DNA of 19,225 bases, from positions 1 to 19,225 of the forward strand of contig JBGAIQ010000082.1 of the NCBI GenBank assembly GCA_044225365.1. Reading direction: 5' to 3'. Numbering within the stretch: position 1 is the stretch's first letter; every line of letters begins with the position of its first letter. The translations under genes were made by a program, and so were the position numbers. Below are positions 8,151 to 15,390 of this stretch, piece by piece. This stretch comes from Planctomycetota bacterium. Its GTDB lineage: Bacteria > Planctomycetota > B15-G4 > JADJEK01. Below the pieces are notes generated by a model. The model had not been told where the DNA came from and did not search any database. It saw nothing but the letters and a program-made list of their open reading frames with translations.

Positions 8151-9821
8151 TCACTTCAGCGCCGTCCACACCGAGTTCGTCGACGAGTAACCCCGCGCCA
8201 CGGTCGGATCGATCACGAACATCTGCGTCGCGAATCCCGCGATCGGAAGATCGGCGGGCAACGACCCGACCGCGATGAACCCCCCGCCGCTCGGAGAACC
8301 CGGATTCGTGAGCGTGACCGAGATGAGCGAGTAGATCGGAAACGTGCCGAGCGTGCATCCTCCGGTGATGGGCATCGCCGTTTGATTCGTTCCGATGACG
8401 AGCAGCCCATGGGCGCCGCCGAGCGCATTGCTGACGCTCAGAAGCAGACTGGTGCCCGGCGATGCGCAGCCCGTCATCGTGAGATTCGGCGTCGATCCGC
8501 TGCCGCTCGGGCAACCCACGCCATACGAAGTGTTCGTGCCGCAGACGGCGGAGAAGAGGCCCGCATTACCCGTGGACGTCCCGCCGAAATCGGAGAACGG
8601 CGCGCCCACGGCGAAGTCGCCATATCCGTCGTGATTCGCATCGCCGCCGCCCGCGACGCAGTAACCGAACCAGTCGTCCGCCGCGCTGCCATACTTCACG
8701 GCGAGCAGGGATCCCGTCTTTCCCGAGTAGATGCTGACGCCGCCCGTCGCGACTCCGTTCGTCTTCATGCCCGGACCGCCGATCACGATGTCGCCGCGGC
8801 CATCGCCGTCGATGTCGCCGAGCCCACCGAGGGAGTAGCCGAAGGACGAATTCGCCGAGCCATAGAGCGTGTGGATCACGGCGCCGTTCTTACCGGACAC
8901 GATGAAGACCTTGCCGGAGTAAGCACCGAACGTGGTGTCGGAGAACGCGCTGTAGGCAACGTCCGGCAGGCCGTCTCCATCGACATCCCCAAGGCCCGCG
9001 AGTCCCGCGCCGAGTTGCCCGTTGGTCGGACCATTCGCCTTCCAGAGTTCGACGCCCGTCTTCCCGGAATAGAGATGGACGCTGCCGGCATAATGACCCG
9101 CGGTGGAGTCGAGATTCGCCCCGGCAAGAATGTCGGCATAGCCGTCGCCGTTCACGTCCCCCGCGCCCGCCACCTCGATACCGAGCTGAATTCCGGCTGC
9201 GCCGATGAAGTGATAGAGAACGCCACCGGTCTTTCCCGAGTAGACGACGACGCCACCCGCATCCACGCCGCCGACGGATTCGGTCGGCGATCCGACGACG
9301 ATGTCCGGCGTCCCGTCCTTGTTCACGTCGCCCGCACCTGCGATCGACGCACCGAACGAATTGTTGGTGCCGTAGCCAGAAAGCGTGAGGAGCACCGCGC
9401 CCGTGGCGCCCGAATACACCTTGGCATACCCGGGGCCGCCCGTCGCGTAATTCACCGGCCGCGCGGCCACGACGAAATCGTCGTGACCGTCGCCGTTCAG
9501 GTCTCCCACCCCGGCCGTCGAGTAGCCGAAGCCATCGAGATCCCCACTCCCATGCAGGTCGAAGAGCGCGTTGCCCGTGCGTCCCGAGTAGACGACGGCC
9601 CTTCCCGGCGTGATGCCGTTCCATGGGCTTTGAAGACTCGTGAAGATCACGTCGTCGAATCCATCCGCGTCGACGTCCCCCGCGAAGGAGACGCAATACC
9701 CGAGCTGCTCATGAAGGGCGGTACCCAGATAACCGAACATCGCTCCTTGGCCGCTTGCCGAGGCCGCGAGAGCGAGGGACGCGAATCCGAACATTCCAAG
9801 TCGGGCGTGATGAAGCTGCAT
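8151..9821 (-). CDS. Secreted FG-GAP (integrin-alpha-like) beta-propeller protein, 556 aa, with a C-terminal ~120-aa domain
   Basis: ATG at 9821 with AAGGA RBS; signal peptide MQLHHARLGMFGFASLALAASASG; seven Ca-binding repeats (GDVDADGFDD, GDLNGDGHDD, GDVNKDGTPD, GDVNGDGYAD, GDVDGDGLPD, GDIDGDGRGD, GDANHDGYGD), six followed by a YSGKTG-like motif. The ORF-track extension to 10163 is unlikely to be real. Confidence 0.9.
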   Translation of the reverse strand: MQLHHARLGMFGFASLALAASASGQGAMFGYLGTALHEQLGYCVSFAGDVDADGFDDVIFTSLQSPWNGITPGRAVVYSGRTGNALFDLHGSGDLDGFGYSTAGVGDLNGDGHDDFVVAARPVNYATGGPGYAKVYSGATGAVLLTLSGYGTNNSFGASIAGAGDVNKDGTPDIVVGSPTESVGGVDAGGVVVYSGKTGGVLYHFIGAAGIQLGIEVAGAGDVNGDGYADILAGANLDSTAGHYAGSVHLYSGKTGVELWKANGPTNGQLGAGLAGLGDVDGDGLPDVAYSAFSDTTFGAYSGKVFIVSGKNGAVIHTLYGSANSSFGYSLGGLGDIDGDGRGDIVIGGPGMKTNGVATGGVSIYSGKTGSLLAVKYGSAADDWFGYCVAGGGDANHDGYGDFAVGAPFSDFGGTSTGNAGLFSAVCGTNTSYGVGCPSGSGSTPNLTMTGCASPGTSLLLSVSNALGGAHGLLVIGTNQTAMPITGGCTLGTFPIYSLISVTLTNPGSPSGGGFIAVGSLPADLPIAGFATQMFVIDPTVARGYSSTNSVWTALK

Positions 9822-10124
9822 GGCGATTCCTTCTGTTGAATCCAAGCGCGCTCGAGGGCGCGCGGTTTGCGCGCCCGGCGAGACTCGGTCGCCGCAGCGC
9901 GCCCGTGGAATCAAGAGCCCGCGCGCCACGTCTCGGGGAATCGCCACTTTTCTCGGATTTCGAAGATGGGGCCTCGCCCCGCGCGCCCCCTCCGCCGATG
10001 GGCGCGCGACGCGTTCGCTCCTCGCCTGGCCCGAACGCACGCGGCGGACGCGCAGTGACGGTCGCTTCCGTTGATCGAATCGAACGACGGCGTCACCCGC
10101 TCCGGAAGAACCCGCAGGCCCAGC

Positions 10125-10153
10125 TTGAGCCTCGGATCCGACTGCGGTACTCT
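10125..10153 (+). promoter_or_regulatory. Sigma70-type promoter for tRNA-Gly
   Basis: TTGAGC (10125-10130), 17-nt spacer, TACTCT (10148-10153), ending 12 nt before the tRNA. Confidence 0.65.
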
Positions 10154-10165
10154 GCTCCCTCACGA

Positions 10166-10241
10166 GCGGCTGTAACTCAGCTGGTAGAGTGTCAGCTTCC
10201 CAAGCTGAATGTCGCCGGTTCGATCCCGGTCAGCCGCTCCA
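10166..10241 (+). tRNA. tRNA-Gly (anticodon CCC)
   Basis: 76-nt cloverleaf: acceptor GCGGCTG/CAGCCGC, D arm ACTC/GAGT, anticodon arm TCAGC-TTCCCAA-GCTGA, T arm GCCGG-TTCGATC-CCGGT, discriminator T, encoded CCA. Confidence 0.98.
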
Positions 10242-10253
10242 TCGAACAACTCG

Positions 10254-10290
10254 CAAGCTCGCGCGAAGCCACGTGCTTCGCGCGAGCTTG
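10254..10290 (+). terminator. Perfect 16-bp hairpin downstream of the tRNA, probable terminator or processing stem
   Basis: CAAGCTCGCGCGAAGC-CACGT-GCTTCGCGCGAGCTTG; the U-tract after it is weak (TGCCGTCTTC). Confidence 0.7.
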
Positions 10291-10468
10291 TGCCGTCTTC
10301 GGACCGTTCGATTCGCGGTTCGCCCTGCGCCGTCGCCAATGGTGGCCCGCGAACCCACGGCCCCGGGCGCGCAAGCCCACGCCTTCCTCGGCGGGGACGC
10401 TCCGAGATCGAACGATTCCGCGCGGGCAACCGTAGGATGAGTGGGTCGACCGCTGCGCTGGAGTCCGC

Positions 10469-11875
10469 ATGTACTTTCTCTGGTTCGTCCGTTGTCTTGC
10501 GCTCGCCGCGTTGGCGATGGCGCAAGACGCGCAGCCCGACGCCCCCGTCTCCTCGCGCGGCCTGCGCAAGAACGATCCGGGCGCGCTTCCCGGCTACACG
10601 TTGATCGCGCCGCTCTTCTCCTTCCGAACCGTGCTCGTCGACATGAAGGGTCACGTCGTCCACGAGTGGAAGAGCAAGTTTCCCCCCGCCGCTGATGCTC
10701 ACCTGCTGCGAAGCGGCAACTTGCTGCGCGCAACTCGTGACATCGATGGCGCCTTCTTCGAAGGCGGAGGAATCGGCGGCGGGATCGAGGAGCTCGCGCC
10801 GGACGGGACGCGCGTGTGGCGCTACAGCATCAAGAGCGAGAAGGTGCACTCGCATCACGACGTCGAGCCGCTCGAGAACGGCCACGTCCTCGCGATCGTG
10901 TGGGAACGCCACAACCAGTCCGACTTGGTGGCAGCCGGGCGCGACCCGCGCCGCGCGACGGGCGAGCTCTGGTCGGACGCGATCTACGAGATCGAGAAGC
11001 GCGGTCCGTACGACGGTCGCGTCGTGTGGGAGTGGCACACCTGGGATCACCTCATCCAGGACCATGACAAGGAGCGCGCGAACTTCGGCGACGTCGCGGC
11101 GCATGCCGAACTCATCGATCTCAACGGCGAGCCCGACGACGGCCTGACCGGCGCGGATTGGATGCATTGCAATTCGATCGATTCCAACGCGACGCTCGAC
11201 CAGATCGTCATCGCCTCGCCGCGCTTCAACGAGATGTGGGTCATCGATCACTCGACGACGACCGAGGAAGCGAAGGGTCACAAGGGCGGTCACTGCGGCA
11301 GGGGCGGTGATCTGCTCTACCGATGGGGCAATCCCATGGCGTATCGCGCGGGAGGCGCGAACGATCAGCGGCTGTTCGGCCAGCACGACGTGCAGTGGAT
11401 CGAGCCCGGCCTCCCCGGCGCCGGCAACTTCCTCGTGTTCAACAACGGCTCGGGGCGAAAGGGAACGCAGTTCTCGAGCGTCGACGAGTTCACCGCACCG
11501 GTCGAGGCTTCGGGGCGCTACACGAAGGAGCAAGACGAATCGTTCGAACCGTCCGAGCTCATGTGGCGCTACGGCAACGCGCGCGAGGCGCGGTTCTATT
11601 CGATGTTCATCGCGGGCGTACAGCGCCTGAAGAACGGCAACACGCTGATCTGCGTGGGCGCCGACGGCCACATTTTTGAGGTCACACCCGAGGGAAAGAC
11701 CGTGTGGGAGTTCTGGAACGAGATCGGCGGCGACGCCCCGACGTCCTTCGGGAAGAACTTCGGTTCGGTCATTCAGCCGGGCGGCATCAGCAAGTACGCG
11801 CTGTTTCGTGCGACGAGAATACCGATCGATCATCCGGGTCTTTCCGCGCTCGGAATGAACGCTCGGTCGAAATAG
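10469..11875 (+). CDS. Secreted aryl-sulfate sulfotransferase (ASST family)
   Basis: Signal-like N-terminus; HHD, DWMHCNSI, SPRFNE, GDLLYRWGNP, FGQHD and QRLKNGNTLI motifs match the His/Asn/Arg active-site pattern of PAPS-independent ASSTs. Confidence 0.88.
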   Translation: MYFLWFVRCLALAALAMAQDAQPDAPVSSRGLRKNDPGALPGYTLIAPLFSFRTVLVDMKGHVVHEWKSKFPPAADAHLLRSGNLLRATRDIDGAFFEGGGIGGGIEELAPDGTRVWRYSIKSEKVHSHHDVEPLENGHVLAIVWERHNQSDLVAAGRDPRRATGELWSDAIYEIEKRGPYDGRVVWEWHTWDHLIQDHDKERANFGDVAAHAELIDLNGEPDDGLTGADWMHCNSIDSNATLDQIVIASPRFNEMWVIDHSTTTEEAKGHKGGHCGRGGDLLYRWGNPMAYRAGGANDQRLFGQHDVQWIEPGLPGAGNFLVFNNGSGRKGTQFSSVDEFTAPVEASGRYTKEQDESFEPSELMWRYGNAREARFYSMFIAGVQRLKNGNTLICVGADGHIFEVTPEGKTVWEFWNEIGGDAPTSFGKNFGSVIQPGGISKYALFRATRIPIDHPGLSALGMNARSK

Positions 11876-12061
11876 CCGCGGAGAATCCGGCGAACGGGGC
11901 GCTGACGAGTCGAAACGACGGAGCGAGTACCGGGCCTCGCGATCTTCATAGAAAACGAATGAAGCGCGAAGAACGCCCGAATGACGACTTCTGCAGACTC
12001 CGCGAAGTCACGTCGGACATCGATGCGATGGTCCGATCCACTCCACGCTCGCTCGAATTCC

Positions 12062-13033
12062 ATGCCCGATTCCGCTGCGACCATAAAGATCGATGAAGCC
12101 GCTCAGCGCGAGCGTCCCTCGCTCTGGAATCGGCTCCTGATGCAGGAAGATCTGAACTTCCTACTCACGAATCGCATACCGCGGCGACTCGCCACGCGGC
12201 TCATGGGCCACGTCAGCCGAACGACGACCGGCCGCGCCACGCCGGCGCTGATCGCGTTATGGAAGCTCTTCGCTCCCGATCTCGATCTGTCGGAGGCGAA
12301 AGAATCGCGTTTCACGAGCCTCCACGACTGCTTCATTCGTGAGCTAAAGCCAGGGAAGAGACCCATCGACCCGGACCCGCGAATCCTCACGAGTCCGTGC
12401 GACGGCATCGTTGGCGCGCACGGGCGCGTGGACGGAACTCGCGTCTACCAGGCCAAGGGTTTTCCCTACTCGCTCCTCGATCTCCTTGGAGATCCCGAGC
12501 TCGTCGAGCGCTATCGCGACGGCGTATACGTGACACTGCGCTTGAAATCGAGCTTCTATCACCGATTCCATGCCCTGTGCGATGCCGTCGTGCGCCGCGT
12601 CCTCTACATCTCGGGCGACACGTGGAACGTGAATCCGATCGCGTTGCGGCGCATCGAGAACCTGTTCTGCAAGAACGAACGCGCCGTGCTCGAACTCGAC
12701 TCCTCCGACCCAACGCTCCGGCCCCCCGTGGCGATCGTAGCCGTGGCGGCGATCCTGGTCGCGAGCATCAAGATTCACGGGCTGCCCCAGGATCTCGATC
12801 TCTCCTACCGTGGACCGAAGGTCATCCCTTGCGACGTCGAAGTGACGAAGGGCGCCGAGCTCGGATACTTCCAACACGGATCGACCCTGATCGTGTTCGG
12901 CGCGCGAGGGCTCGAACTCCATGAGGATGTGGTCGAAGGCGCACTTCGCAGGGTCGGTCAGCCGCTCCTCCAACTTGCTAGCGAAGTCGAAGTTCCAGTC
13001 TCCAATCACCCAAGACGAGCGAGTGAACCATGA
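12062..13033 (+). CDS. psd: Phosphatidylserine decarboxylase family proenzyme (HGST-type self-cleavage site)
   Basis: FTSLHDCFIRELKPGKRPID, SPCDG (catalytic Asp), QAKGFPYSL, YHRFH (catalytic His), KNER, ELGYFQHGST. Start uncertain (11981, 12023 or 12062). The family is clear; the substrate is not. Confidence 0.88.
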   Translation: MPDSAATIKIDEAAQRERPSLWNRLLMQEDLNFLLTNRIPRRLATRLMGHVSRTTTGRATPALIALWKLFAPDLDLSEAKESRFTSLHDCFIRELKPGKRPIDPDPRILTSPCDGIVGAHGRVDGTRVYQAKGFPYSLLDLLGDPELVERYRDGVYVTLRLKSSFYHRFHALCDAVVRRVLYISGDTWNVNPIALRRIENLFCKNERAVLELDSSDPTLRPPVAIVAVAAILVASIKIHGLPQDLDLSYRGPKVIPCDVEVTKGAELGYFQHGSTLIVFGARGLELHEDVVEGALRRVGQPLLQLASEVEVPVSNHPRRASEP

Positions 13034-13680
13034 CGACCGTAGCCTCGAAACAGAATACCGCATCCTTCAAACAAGCGCTCGAGGAGCAGCGCTGGGACGA
13101 CCACCGTTATTACCATCACAGTCGGATCAACCAATCACTACATCTCATCAGTGCTCTCAGTTTCATCACCGCCTACGTCTTTCTGTTCATCGACCCCGTC
13201 ATCGCGGCATTCCTCGGTTGGGGCGTGTCGATGGTCACTCGGCAATCCGGTCACTTCTTCTTCGAGCCGAAGGGCTACGACGCGGTGAATCGCGCGACGC
13301 ACGAGCACAAGGAGGCGATCAAAGTCGGCTACAACTTGCGACGCAAGATCATCCTGCTCAGCGCATGGGGACTCTCTCCGTTCGTCGTTTGGGCGAGTCC
13401 GTCGCTGTTCAGACTCTACGAGCCCTACGTCGGCGCCTATGGATTCGCTCACCATCTGAGCATTCTGTGGATCGTTCTCGGCGCAGCGGCCGTGCTCCTG
13501 CGCACCCTCTACCTAGGCGTCACCGTCGCTCCGCGCCACGGCCTCGTTTGGATGACGAAGATCCTCACCGACCCGTTCCACGACGTGCGCACTTATTACA
13601 AGTCGCCCTACTACCTGTTTAAGGGCGAACTACTCGACCCGATGACCGACTGGCCCGAGCCGTCGCGTCGCCTCGGTTGA
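13030..13680 (+). CDS. Mpo1/DUF962-like integral membrane protein
   Basis: YYHHSRINQSLH and RQSGHFFFE resemble the YH..N..H and Q..GH..FE motifs of the Mpo1/DUF962 family; about 4 hydrophobic helices; ATGA overlap with the psd stop. Confidence 0.75.
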   Translation: MTTVASKQNTASFKQALEEQRWDDHRYYHHSRINQSLHLISALSFITAYVFLFIDPVIAAFLGWGVSMVTRQSGHFFFEPKGYDAVNRATHEHKEAIKVGYNLRRKIILLSAWGLSPFVVWASPSLFRLYEPYVGAYGFAHHLSILWIVLGAAAVLLRTLYLGVTVAPRHGLVWMTKILTDPFHDVRTYYKSPYYLFKGELLDPMTDWPEPSRRLG

Positions 13681-15390
13681 AAGCGGAAGCGGAACGGGTG
13701 TTTCGCGGATCGGCGAAGCGACGGCGACCCTTCGCCGACCCCCGAACAGCTTCGCTCGAAGCATCTCGACGAGCACCCGCCGCTGGATCCACTTGCTCGT
13801 GAGAGCCTCGTGGGTCCAGAAGTAGCCATCGGCCGCCATATCCTCCGCGGCGCCGACGAAGCGATCACCGAAGTCGCTAAAGTCCGCGTCGGTGAAATCG
13901 TGGCTGAAGATGAACCGCCCCGTCCCGACCCAACTCATCGCAACTCCACGAGCGCGCAGATAGTATTGGAACATCCAGGAATAACGACTGGGTTGGGTGT
14001 AGAGAGTCGAGAAGATCGAGACCATGTTCGCAACGCGGATCGGTAACGCGCGCGCTTCGAGTCGCTCGTTCAGCGCCATCGCGCGGCCATCCCACCGAGC
14101 ATCGAGGTTCTCGTACGTCGCTCGCGCCTCCTTGGAGTCGAGGTAGCGAAGGAATTCGTTCATCGCAGTCATGACGTAGGGATGGGAATTGAACGTCCCT
14201 CGGGCGAAGCAGATGTCGGTCGGAGCATCTTCGCGAAAACGCCTCATGAGATCGCTGCGGCCGCAGACCACACCCACCGGCAGACCGCCACCGAGCGTCT
14301 TGCCGTACGTGACGAGGTCCGCGCGAACCCCGAAGTAGTCCTGCGCACCGCCACGCGCGAGGCGGAATCCCATGAACACTTCGTCGAAGATCAAGGCAAT
14401 GCCGCGGACCGTGCAAACTTCGCGTACCTGACGCAGCCAGGCCGCGTACGCACCCTTGTCATAGCGAGCCGATCGCTCACCGGTGACGAGCATGGAGTCG
14501 CTCGGCGCATTGCCGTTGGGATGCATCGCCTGGAGGGGATTGACGAGGACGCAAGCGATATCGTTGCGCGTGCGAAGGACCTTCAAGGACTCCTCCGCCA
14601 TGTCCTTCAGCGTATAGACCTCGTGAGCCGGTCGCGGATTGCCCACGCCCGCCTGCACACCATCCCACCATCCGTGATAGGCGCCGCAGAAGCGAACGAC
14701 GTGGGATCGCCCCGTGTGATAACGGGCAAGGCGTACGGCCTGCATCACAGCCTCGGTCCCCGACATGTGGAACGAGACCTCGTCGAGTCCCGAGATCACT
14801 TGGAGCCGACGCACGTTGTCGGCGATGACGGGATGATAAGGTCCGAGCACCGGTCCCAGCGCGCGGGCGCGGGAGACGCCGCGATCGATGCATTGCTTGT
14901 AGACCTCGTATCCGAACAGGTTCATTCCGTAGGCGCCCGTGACGTCGAGGCTCCAGTTCCCATCGAGATCGCGAATACGACGTTCGCTCGTCTCCTCGAC
15001 GAGACAGCCGAGCTTCAATCGCTCGCGCACGAGTCCGCGGAACTGGAATGGAACACGATAGTGATCGGTGAACGCGACGTCGGAGATCACGTCCTGGAGT
15101 CTCTCGCTCTGCTGTAGCGTCTTGGGCGCCCTCTGCTCGAAGTGACGCGAGAGTCGCTCGAAGCCCCGCCGGCGCTCTTCCTGTACGTCTTTCGGAGCGA
15201 GATCGGTGCCGAAGAACTCGGAGTCACTGTATTCGTAGAAAGGGACCCATTTCGCCACGCGCCGCGCCAACTTCGCATGGCCGCGAAGCGACGGATGCTT
15301 GGCCCGCGAGAGTCGAAGTCGGTGTACGAACCAGCGTCCAAGGACGAGTGCGCCGATTCCGCTGCCGAGGAGTTCGATTCCGGTACTCAT
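13630..15390 (-). CDS. Class III PLP-dependent aminotransferase (GSA-aminomutase-like fold) with N-terminal hydrophobic anchor and extension
   Basis: DLDGN..LD, MSGTEAVMQAVRLAR, FCGAYHGWWD, LIFDEVFMGFR, TYGKTLGGGLP (PLP lysine), GTFNSHP; ATGA overlap with the upstream glycosyltransferase stop. Confidence 0.9.
   Translation of the reverse strand: MSTGIELLGSGIGALVLGRWFVHRLRLSRAKHPSLRGHAKLARRVAKWVPFYEYSDSEFFGTDLAPKDVQEERRRGFERLSRHFEQRAPKTLQQSERLQDVISDVAFTDHYRVPFQFRGLVRERLKLGCLVEETSERRIRDLDGNWSLDVTGAYGMNLFGYEVYKQCIDRGVSRARALGPVLGPYHPVIADNVRRLQVISGLDEVSFHMSGTEAVMQAVRLARYHTGRSHVVRFCGAYHGWWDGVQAGVGNPRPAHEVYTLKDMAEESLKVLRTRNDIACVLVNPLQAMHPNGNAPSDSMLVTGERSARYDKGAYAAWLRQVREVCTVRGIALIFDEVFMGFRLARGGAQDYFGVRADLVTYGKTLGGGLPVGVVCGRSDLMRRFREDAPTDICFARGTFNSHPYVMTAMNEFLRYLDSKEARATYENLDARWDGRAMALNERLEARALPIRVANMVSIFSTLYTQPSRYSWMFQYYLRARGVAMSWVGTGRFIFSHDFTDADFSDFGDRFVGAAEDMAADGYFWTHEALTSKWIQRRVLVEMLRAKLFGGRRRVAVASPIRETPVPLPLSTEATRRLGPVGHRVE

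Noticed and set aside
9822-10163. N-terminal extension of the FG-GAP ORF to 10163
   Set aside because: Arg/Ala-rich low-information sequence overlapping the tRNA promoter; RBS and signal peptide point to ATG 9821.
239-11833. Long alternative-frame ORFs (239..973+, 1520..2713+, 2049..3650-, 4501..6126+, 5492..7045-, 6181..8085+, 8082..9839+, 10160..11833-)
   Set aside because: Shadow ORFs of real genes in high-GC DNA; Arg-rich, no recognisable motifs, almost wholly overlapping better-supported CDSs.
11902-11945. Hammerhead-ribozyme-like CTGACGA followed by a stem
   Set aside because: The required GAAA after stem II is GGAG, and there is no properly placed NUH cleavage site or stem I.
12955-12968. 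14-nt exact match (CGGTCAGCCGCTCC) to the tRNA-Gly 3' end (10227-10240), a possible att site
   Set aside because: It lies inside psd and encodes the family-typical C-terminal GQPL; the gene is intact across it and no integrase is present, so coincidence is most likely.
13630-15390. Calling the aminotransferase hemL
   Set aside because: Long N-terminal extension, hydrophobic start and lipid-gene context; no tetrapyrrole genes nearby.
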